NCBI GenBank assembly: GCA_905178155.1
Contig: CAJINV010000002.1
Coordinates: 8,079,224 to 8,143,223 of the forward strand
Direction of reading: 5' to 3'
DNA length: 64,000 bases
Origin: Amoebophrya sp. A120
Taxonomy: Eukaryota; Protista; Dinoflagellata
Position 1 is the first letter of the stretch. The number at the start of each line of letters is the position of its first letter. Both the position numbers and the translations under genes were made by a program. The notes beneath the pieces are model-generated. The model was not told the DNA's origin. It did not search any database and saw only the letters and a list, made by a program, of their open reading frames with translations. Positions 34,133-46,800 of this stretch are shown in pieces.

Positions 34133-35421
34133 ATGCCACGAATAACGCTCGAACTTGTGCAGTTCTCCGCGCAGGGAATCAATGCGGCCAAGCAGCGACA
34201 GTTGTCCATGCGAGGGTATAACACAGATTGTCATGCTCCTGCAACATGATTCTGATTCACTAACTTGTGAAAATTGCGAGTGCACCTGCCCCGGATAGCA
34301 TGCTTGTTGATTTTCATATCACGACGTCGTCGACCGGCACGATAAGGAACAAGATTTGCTTTGCAATACAAATGCCCATCTTATTTTCATTCTAAAACTA
34401 AACAGGAAGCACATCGAAGTGCTGGAGAACTTGGGGTGTACACGAGACCACTACGAGTGCCTCGACATGTCCGATAACCAGATAATGAAAATCAACAAAT
34501 TCCCACCACTTACGAAGATCAAGACTCTGCTCTTCTCCGGAAATCACATCCAGAGAATCGTTCCCGATGCATTTGACGGTAAATAAAATGCGATATATTT
34601 TTTTTCGTCAAGATGAAAGAGGCATTCTTTTTCCTGTGCCATCCTGAACTCAGCCAAAGCTTGAAATCGTCTTTGACCTAGTGCATTTTTGGGTAGTTCC
34701 GAATGTAGTTCCCTCTGTTTTTTTATCCGCATCTGCTCCTGTCGTAATTTTTGAGATCTAAAATAAACCCGGATGAATAAACTACAGAACTTCCTAATCT
34801 GGAGTCGATCGTGCTGACGAGGAACAGGATCAAGAACCTCGTTGACCTCCTTCCGCTGGCGAAGTGCAAGAAGCTAGAGAGAATCACGCTAAAGGAAAAC
34901 GACATCTGCGTGCACGAACATTACAAAATGTTCGTGGTATACCTGCTGAGGAACACCAACCTCAGAATATTTGACTTCCAAAAGATCGGGGACAAGGTAC
35001 TACTTGATCGGAGGTTTTTTCTGCCTGGTGTGATGCCGTGTGTGATTTTGACAGATTCAACAGACCGCGTTGATTTATTTTCCACTTGATTACTATATGG
35101 AATATGAAGATGCATCGTTTTTGAGATGATCAAGCAACCTCATTTGCACCATACCCGCCACAGGAACGCGAGAAAGCCATCGAACTGTTCGAAAAAGAGC
35201 AACCCGGGCTGTTCGAACAGCTCGCCCCAGTGCGGCTCAGCAGGGAAGAGGAAGCGGCGGAGAGGAGAAGTAAACTCACTGAAGCGCAGCAGCAGCGCTA
35301 CTTTAAGTTGATCCAATCCGCCCCGGACGCGCAGCACATTCAGGTCCTGCAAGAGAAATTTGACAGAGGCGAGGCGCCACCGGAGTCCTTCGAAGACATG
35401 AAGCTCGAAGTGGTTTCATGA
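34133..35421 (+). CDS. SNRPA1: U2 snRNP protein A'. Exons 34133-34215, 34406-34578, 34788-34996, 35164-35421
   Basis: MPRITLELV...RQLSMRGKHIEVLENLG, LRR units LDMSDNQI, LLFSGNHI, IVLTRNRI, and LRR cap YKMFVVYLL...LRIFDFQKI. Three in-phase GT-AG introns. Confidence 0.9.
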
Positions 35422-36076
35422 TGGTAGAGGATGGCCGCATTTTCACAGACGCAAATGCGGACTTTTTGGTCTGAGCGATGATCTACGCACATGTAGAAGT
35501 AGAAGGCTTCTACTAGTATAAATCCAAGATTCAACAATAATATATATATAACGTGATAGGTATATTATCACTGCTGACGTCTAGGTCTAGCAGGATCCAA
35601 TGCTTGCGTTTGCCGCTCCTCCCGTTGTCCTCGTGTTCCATCTTTGGAGACACTCCGACGCGTCGTGGAGAAACGACCATGTAGAGATAAGCTGCGTGCC
35701 GTCGTGTGAAGAAATTATGTGTCTGTGCATTTCTACATCTGCGCACGAAAAACGTGTGCCCACATCATATGTGCGCTGAGTTCGAGTTGGAGTTGCAAAT
35801 GCTGGAAGTAAAATGGCTGGAGATTGAAAAATCGCATTGTGGCTTCTTTTTCGTCGATTAGGAATGTCGATATTTTTCATGATCCGGGTGTGGTCTCTTG
35901 ACAAAAAGAAAGACTGTTTTGTCGAATAAAGAAAACCCGATCAGTTCTCATCTAGTCAAAGAAGTTTTCCTTTTTTTTGCTTTCTCCGGAGAAAGATATC
36001 TGTACCGAAAAGCTTTTACTTTTGTTTCTCGTGTTGTTCCAAGAAAGCTAAAAACATCTGGTTGACAACAATCATC

Positions 36077-38281
<2,205 letters not shown>

Positions 38282-38699
38282 GTGGGAGCGGTTTTTCGCG
38301 ACTTGGTGGGTGGTCGCGTTTTGTGTGTGTGCGTGAAGGAGGTCTGCTTCATTTTGGTGTATATGTGTAAACAAGAAAAAGTTGTTGCTTTTTTTGCTAA
38401 TAGTCCAATAACACTGAGTGAGAATTCTACTTTTGCTGTTGTTAGTGGGATGGACGGTAGAAAGTTGCTTCCAAAAGTGCTTTCAGATGCAGTGCTGCTG
38501 AACTTATATTTTCGAAGCCGTTTTTACCGCTGGCACGGGCCATGCGGAAATATGGCTGCGAGGAGGAAACAGAAGTGAACTATTAATTACTGTTTCGGCT
38601 TTATCGCTCTTAAATGTGTTCCGTTTACGACACCTGCCGCGAACGCAGCCAGCGGCTGTGTTAGCCTAGCTCCTCGCACCGTAGTGCTAGGTCAGCTGG

Positions 38700-40289
38700 G
38701 TTTCGTCTTCATACCACCTTGCACCAATACGCACAGAGGCAAAGAGGAGGCCTGGCGAAGGGGGGCGAAAGCTGCAGAGGGCTGCGCCGGAGGTCCTTGG
38801 GCAGGCGAAAAAAGCCGGGCGCTGCCCTTCGTTTTGCTGCCCTCGCCTATCTTGGCGATGCGCGTCGACGCTTCCCGTGGCCCGCCTCTGCCACGGTGGG
38901 CGGGCCGGGGTTTCCTTGACCGGCGACGATTGCGGCCGCAGGTATGCGCCCGGGCGAGATTGGGACGAAACCCTAGCAGAGAAGATTGGGACAGGCGCCG
39001 CGGCGAGATGAGGCGGCTGCCGCGCGGAGGGGTCGCGGGAGGTTGCGCCGATGAAAATGGTGGCCACATCGCCGACGTCTGCGGGACCGGATCGACCCCA
39101 CGAACCACAGGTATATCCGATGACATTGCTGGCCGCCGCAGGCGCTCTCCCCGCGGGTTTGCCTTGCTTGGCGCACTAACTTCCGCGGCCGAGGCATTTG
39201 CGAGCCCCGGCGGGCCGCCAAGCGCGCCGGCCGGCGCGGCCGGGCCGGGCCGCTAAGGGCCCGCCAAGGGCACTGCGGCGCTGCGCGCTTCTTTTGCGCT
39301 GGGGCTAGTACGTCCGCGCTTCGGCGCGCAGCGTCCTGAACAGGTGCCCGATTCTGGGACAGCTGCTGCCCCAGGCCCGCACGGCCTTCCGCGTGTTCGG
39401 GTCTGTGCGTCCAGCGGCAGAGTGCGGAGGCACGTAGCGAACGGAAAGGCGGCGCCCGGAGGCTTCGCGCGGGCGGCGCGGCCGCTCCTTGGCCGCGCCG
39501 GCCCCCGTTTAGGTGTCGCCGCCCTTCGAACACGTCGGCCACCTTCTGGGTCCCCGGGATGCGCCCCGGCGAGCCGGCGACCTGGTGGAACAAGAACCCC
39601 GGCGACCTGGTGGAGCAAGAGGATTGGGCCCCTACGGCCCTTGCATTTCCGGCGGGGCCCCCATCGGCCTGCTCGCCCCGCGCGCCCGCTCCGGCTGGGC
39701 CGCTAGTGCCGTCGGGCCGGCGCCCTCGCGGCCTTCCTGCTGGGCGGGCGGGCGCCGCCCGCCGCATTTCGTATATTCACCGCCGCGCCAGGAGTTGGCT
39801 TCTATCATTATAGACAAGCATTGGCTGTTGCGCTCCCTCCGGTTGCGCGTCCGGCGCGAATTGGGAGGCAAGCACACCCGGGCCGCGCCTTGAGCACAGG
39901 GGCGCGTTTGGTGCGCTGCCGTTGCCCCCCGGTGCGGGCACGTACTCTCGCGTCGTCGGCCTTGGATACTGATAAATTTTTTGGCATCATACGTGAGAAG
40001 GACAGAGCGGACACGCTTGGCCGCGCCATCCTTGGATGCTGCCACTTTCGTTGTGTTCATATCATTTGTGAGCCTGCGTGGGCCCCACGGCCAGACACGT
40101 ATTGAGTTGATGTTTTTGGAGGGCGAGAGCCTATTGGTACCCTGCGAGGACGGCTGTAGGTGGCAAGATGACCGGCGCGGACGGCAGTACATCGCGGCGC
40201 TTCCGAATGAATCGCGCATGAAATTCATGTTGTCTTGCTTGGTATACTTGCTTCAGAATTTTAGGTGTACCGAACCCGAGAAACAATGA
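38700..40289 (+). pseudogene. Second GC-rich decayed coding region (approximate limits)
   Basis: Very high G+C over about 38700-39960. Frameshifted protein-like fragments (GDLVEQE twice, ELASIIIDKHWLLRSL, LDTDKFFGIIRE, RIELMFLEGESLLVP...EPEKQ*). Confidence 0.45.
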
Positions 40290-40365
40290 CAATGCCACAA
40301 CGACGCATCTGCACGAAAAGATGGCAACGTAGTCTGTGAGTCTTGTTGACCACCTAGCGGGTGAC

Positions 40366-42864
40366 ATGTTGCCCCGGGTGAAGGATCTCCGAGTGCTTCT
40401 CTGCGGGTCTTGGGGCACCGCCTCCAGTGCGCTGCGCTTGCCGCTAGACTTCCTTCTTCCAACTAGTATTTATTTCCTTGCGTTTTGATGATCTTTTCCT
40501 TTTCGAATTTTGCCAAATTTATAGAAATTTCCGTGTCGGATTCTTCTCTATGCGCGCAAGATTCGAGTTTTTTCATCTTCGCATGCAATCAGTCAAATCC
40601 ACAGCAGCCTCCCCAACAGCCTCTACTTCGAGTAGTGTTTCCTCGTCCAGCAACCCCGCTTCCCTTTCCCCGGACGCCACACCGCCAGACAGCGCTGCGG
40701 CTACGACGGCCTCGAGTCTTACCTTTCCCTCCCTGGACCCACCGGCACTGTTCCAGGATGGAGAGAGCACCACTTTGGAGAAGGACAGCAGCAAAGCGAG
40801 TACGACGGAGGAACAGGCTACAACATTAGACCAACTGGAGAAAGAGTTCCTCGATGGAGGCACATCATCTTCCTCCGCAGCAAGCGCTGCAACTACCTCA
40901 GCGTCCGCTGCCTCCACCGACGGGCAGGAACTCGCCGCCGGAGCTTCCGTGGAACATCAATCGGGCGCAGGCGATTTGAAATCCGAGGAGGAGGAGGACA
41001 GCGGTAACGTTGTCACCAAAGCCATCGAGGCGGCAGAGGAGGAACAGAAGGCCGCGGACGTGGTGGAGGCGGCCAACCAGAGCCTGCGGAAGTTGCAGAA
41101 AAAGCAGCAACTTGCGCTGAAGCAGTCGGCGGAAAACGTGAAGCGGCTGGAAGCGGAAAACGCGAGACTGCACGACGAACTCGCGGACTTAACCGACAAG
41201 CTCGCGTCCGCAAAGGAATCCGAGGAAGCCGCACAGCAGGCCGCGAAACAGACCCGAGAGACCGCGGAAGCGGAGACGCGAGTGGTCGCAGAGGCGGAAA
41301 AAGCGGCGGAGAAGGACACGGTGGAAGCGCGGAAAAAGGAGGAGGAGGCATTGCAGCAGGTGGAGGAGAGGAAGCAGGTAGACTTAGATGGCATTAACAG
41401 CCAAGAATTTCTGCTACTTTTTGGCTGAGTTGTTCACATTGCGGGTTTTCACAGCATGACAGAACAATTCTGGTCTTGTTCTGTCTGAAGTTCAGCAGCT
41501 GCAGCACAGTATCTGTATAAGAATCATCAAAATTGCCCAACAGGAAACCGCCGAGCTGACCAAAACTGCGGATACGGTTTCGCAGAAACTGGTCACCAAC
41601 CTCGCCGTGGTGAAGCAGAATGTCGCATCGCTCGAGTCTGCGACGGATAAGATGCGAGCGGATAACAAGGAAAACACGGAAAAAGCGGACAAGTACGCGA
41701 AAAAGATCGTCGAATTAGAGAACGAAGTGGTGAAACTGCAGCAAGAGAGGCTGCCACTGGAGAAAATCAGCACCATTGTCACGAATGCTTTGAAAAAAGA
41801 ACTGGGGCCGGAGTTGGAGAAGTTGTCCTCGGAGTCGACGGAAGTGGAAACGGAGGCTGAGAACGCAGCGGGGTTGTTAGAAAAAATGCGGGAAGCGGAC
41901 GTGAGCAACGCGGATGCAGTGAGCGTAGCGTTCCAAAAATTTCGGAATTCCAGAGCGGACATTTTGGAGAACGTTCTGGAATTGACACAGAAAGTTAATC
42001 CAGGTACTATGTGGTTTTTCGTTTGCAACTTGGAGTAAACTGCTTGCGCAGAAGATGGTGTTGTACTAATCCAACGAGATCCTCTACTAGTAGAAAGTGA
42101 AGCTGCAGCAGCGCATCGCGAAGACACCAAGAAATCTATCAAAATCAGACGCAGCCAAGTCCGTCGCAGAGGAGGCTGCAATTACGACAGTGGAAAACGC
42201 CAAGGCTGCGGAAGAGCGAACTACTACGAGCGAAGCGAAAGAAGCTCCTTCTTTTTTTTTCCCGCTCCTGGGTGGGCACCCGGAAAGTAGTACCACCCCG
42301 ACTGATGCCGAAGACAAGGACCACGCCGCGACAAAATCTGCCGCAGCCCCACCTACCGCTGGCGTTGCCACGTCTGCCGAGCGCAAGAACGAATCGGGGG
42401 ACAGTCAGATGGAAGAAACGGGTCCGGCACCACAGGTGGTTGTGGAACATCACAAGCAGCAAATAAAAGCAGAAGACACGCCGGCAGCGAAGAAAATCGA
42501 GAAGGAGCAGCCGCTCTCTCCTACCTCCATGGAGGAAAAGAAACAGCACGAAATTGAAAAGCCCACATCTTCCCCGGTCGCGCTTCTCGCACCGGGCGCG
42601 CCGCTGCCGCTCGGGTCCCCATTGCCACTGAATTCAAACGGGAGCGGCCGGGCGGGAGAATTCGTGGAGATTGTGCCGCCGGTTTCGGAGCAGGGTGCAG
42701 CTTCTGCGGCTACGACAGGTGGAGGAGGAGGGAATGAGAAGCAGGAGAAGAATTCTATCACTTCAACGGGCGGAAAGGATGAAACGAATATCGCATCACG
42801 GGAGCAGATGGAGCCCTTGCCGACACCACGGACGATCAGAGATTTGAATAAATCTTCGTCGTGA
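40366..42864 (+). CDS. Hypothetical coiled-coil protein, possibly secreted. Exons approx. 40366-40465, 40593-41377, 41544-41993, 42094-42864
   Basis: Three + ORFs plus a short first exon, joinable by in-phase GT-AG introns. Ala/Glu/Lys heptad region. The donor of the third intron is uncertain. Confidence 0.65.
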
Positions 42865-43801
42865 ATAAGAGCAGCGATGAAGGTGCAGTCGTTTTGTATG
42901 ATTTTCGAAAGTAAGGAAGGAGTAGTTCTCAAGGAACTACTACCTGGTAGTGTCACGAACAAGTTTTGGTATGATTTTAAGTCCTCTTTGCTGGTAGCAA
43001 TTAGGTTGAGATTCTGGATGTTGTTGTAAAATGGATGACTCCGAACAAACGGAAAAGGGTAGGAATGATGAACAATGCAACTACACTGACTACATCAAGA
43101 AACTGACGTGTGTACCGATGCCATGGCTCCATTGTGTCACCAGTACTGCAGCCGGCGGAGTAGACCGCGGCGTTTTTGTTTCTGGAGGAGTCGTTTCAGG
43201 GTTGTGAAGAATCTTCTGGTTGATCATTCCCTTATCGTGGCGCTTTGGTCCTGTCTATTGTGCAATTTCTATTGTCTTAGCGAGAGTCGAAAGTAGCTTG
43301 AGGGAATCTGGAAAGCCTGCGCGCCTTTAAGTATTCAGAAAAGGGGCTGCAATTTCCAGTCGCCGAATAAGCACAAGCAGCGGCAGCACAGTAATTATTC
43401 ATTGATAGTTAAGTGACCAGCCTTTTTTCACGAGGTAATTCGCGGCTTCTGGTTTTGTGAGTGTGTTTGATGTTTCTTTGACTGCGTTCCGTCGCGTGTT
43501 CATGGTGCTTTGAGTTCGGAGAAAAACATTTTTATCAAAAACGATTAGGAATTTTTGCTGGTAGCGTAACGGACTAAGAAGCGGCCACTGAACTTGCTAT
43601 GAGTGGTTATACGTGTACATTCTCTTCACAAGGTGCGACTCTTGTACAACGCTTATATTCACCTGCTTTATCCTCCTGATGGTGTTGACCTCAAAAATGC
43701 TATTATTTTCGTCGGGAACAATAAATTTTTGACGCTGTACGATAAAACATTTCCCGCAGGCGCTACAAAGTCCCAATTTTGGCACTGTGTTTGAAAAAAG
43801 T

Positions 43802-46800
43802 ATGCCCCGGCCTTCGCAGAAAAAGAGGAAGCAACTCACGAAGAAACGTACCAAGCTAGCCGAACAGGAATTGAAGGAAAAAGCCGAGCGCGAGCAGGCC
43901 AAGCGAAGTATAATTGCCAATACGGAACATCAACAACAAGCCCCTGCTCCTCCTGATAGTGTAGTGACCACCGAGGAGATAGTAATTCCTTCGCTCCGAA
44001 TCCCTAATACAGGAGCCCTAGATCATCAACAACATCCGGCTCAAAAATCCTCTGCAGGACAACTACAACAACCTGAAGTTGTTCGGTCATCCACAGCCGA
44101 GCGCAGCACTGTGTGCACCGAGGGCGATTTATTCAACAACTTCAGGCGAAGCACTTTCTTCAACAGCTTTACTTCCGAAAATGGCGCCGAGCAGCAAAAC
44201 GACGCAGAGCAGGAACTTTTGCAGCGCCTCAGCTCCTGCAGCACAGCGTCCCCGGTTGTAGCTGAGGAACCTGCGACGTCGGGGGCCGTCAGGACGAACT
44301 ACAGTGCTGCAGGTCCTCGTACAGATTCAGATTGTTCCACTAGACCTCCACGCCGGAGCTGCAGCGACACTGCTGGAGCAAGTGTTGTGCCAGCCACTAG
44401 CCCTGCCGCCAGCAAAAACCGTTCGCAAAGACGTTCTTCCAGCACCGCAGCGACAACTTTCCTGCACGAGCAGCAGCAGCAGGCTTTTAATGTCGAGGCG
44501 CGCATTCTCCGGGCTTTGAATTGGCAATTGGTCGAGGAGCTGCGGAGCACCCGGAGAGAAAACGCGTTTTTGCGGAAAGAAAATGAAAAGTTGAAGAGCC
44601 AAGTGGAAGTCACCGCAGTAGTCGAGGAAGATAGCAGCATCATCGTCTCCGGACCGCCCGTGCCATTTTTGAAGGAGGTGGATGTGCTGAACAACAGTGG
44701 AAGAAAGGAACGAAAGACAGGGACTACCTCGAATAAGGAACTTCGGCCAGGAGCGCAAAGAACGTCGATTAGCTGCGAAGACGAGTATGCTAGCAACAAC
44801 AGACAGCACTTGGAAATCGATGTGGAAGTTGAGTCGGTAAAAGCAGTGTCATCACAGAAGAAAAGACCACTCCAAGGGGTAGAAAACAACACCGAACATG
44901 ATTTTTCGTCTCCGGAAACCGCCGTCGGAAAGCAGCAAGCGCAGGACGACGATGGGTGTGATCATGTTCCGGTGAGGGAGGTAGAAGTCGATTTAGTTCA
45001 AAATGATAATGACCGGGAGGAGGATCGGAAGTTGGAGCTCGAATTAGAAAATTTAGTCGAAACCAGCTTCAACAACGGAGTAAGTGGTGGCGGTCTACCT
45101 AAGAATTCAACATCTTGCTTAGAAGTCATCTCTCCGTTGCGGCAGGTGCTTGTGCAAGAAGCCAAAGAGCACGACCATCATCTCTGCAGCAGTCCAAGCG
45201 ACGCGGAAGGCGCTGAGCTTGCGCAAGTCGTTGATGATGATATTTTGGTAGTCAACAACCACAGTGTCGCTGAATCGAAGGCGGACAAGGAGACAGAGAA
45301 TGAGCAGCAAACAGCCGCCGAGGAACGCGAAAGAACTGCTGGTGGCGAAGGAATTCTCTCATTCGAGTCTAAGCAAGAAAGAACTGCGTCGCCAGGTGCG
45401 TATGTGAAAGCAGCAGCAGACGTGGAGGGCAAAACCTCAACGACCGATGAAGGAGATGAAGCAAATGTTGAATACAGCGACGGCCACAAACCTTTCACCG
45501 TCGAGAAAGAGAATGACTCTGTAGTTCCAGCAGAAGATGAATTTCGCACGAACGAGCCTGAGGGAGAACTAGAAACAAACGAGGTAGAAAAATCGAAGCT
45601 AGAACCACACGAAATCGGAGAAGTAAACGAGTTGTCCTCTTCCTCTCCTGGTACTCTCGATAGCTGCGTTGTCTATCCCGCCAAGGTTTTGCAAAAGTAC
45701 GGGGATTTCACTTTCTCGTTATTGCAAAGAAGCCGTGCCAGACAGCGGGACTTCGCGAAGCGAGTTTCCTTATTTGAATCCAATCAGCACCTGAACAGCA
45801 ATGCGGGTTCAAATCGCAACTCCGTAAACAGCACGAAAACGACCGCCAGTGCAGCGTTCTTTCACGGCGGGGGCTCTTGCAACACCACCGTGAGCAGGAG
45901 CAGAGACTCTTACAGCAAGAAAAGCAGTAATTTTGTCGACATCAGCCGCATTTCGACGAGCAATCTAGTGACGAAACGACTGCAGGAGCTAGAACAGCAA
46001 CAGCAGTTGTCGTCTTCTCCGGGTCTGCTGGCAGAAGCGAAGAGGAAAATTACAATATCTTCGCTGAACAACAACAACAGCAATAACGACCGAAATCGTG
46101 GTGCTGGGACTTCTGTCGGTGCGATCAAAGCTGCGCCGACGAGAATTTCGATTTCCAACAATGGAACCAGTTGGTGCAGTAAAAATGAAAAAGATCAAAA
46201 TTATGAAAACGCACTTTCAGTGACCGAGAACAAATCTGCCGATCAGAATGCGTTCAAGAAACGAACAACGTTGATCGACACCGCTTCATCTCTTGCAGCG
46301 CCTTCCTCTGTCGTGTCGGTCCCGGAAATAAATGTACAGAATTCATCGGGTAGTTCTTCATCATCTTCATCCTTCGCAATAAATGCGAATCTTTTAAATG
46401 CAACTGAAACTGCTGGCGGATGCTCGGGTCTTGGTGGTCCGTTGTTTTCCAAATCCAGCGCTCCCCAAAAAATAAATTCCGCCTCTTCGTCCAGTGTGCC
46501 AACTTCAGAACAAGACGTAGCGCAATTATCGTTTCCTCATCCAACAACTACAACTGCAGGGTTCTCTGGTTGTGTTTCCGACCTTACTTCAATAAGAACC
46601 GGGTCAAAGAGCGACTACGACCCGACAGACTGTGCCATTGGTCTTAAGGCAGTAGAACTAATACCGGAAGAAGTAGCTCCTGTACCAGAAACTACACGAG
46701 GGCCAGGAGTAGCACCAGTCGTGTCTTCTTCAAATGACGAAAGTGGTAGACAACTAGAGGAGCTATTTCCCATCGCTGTGAACGACCAGTCTCTCTCCTC

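Noticed and set aside
39780-40060. Island 2 as a pseudogene of the 55249-59477 gene (LDTDKFF vs DLGKDKFL)
   Set aside because: Similarity is limited to a few residues judged by eye and needs an alignment score.
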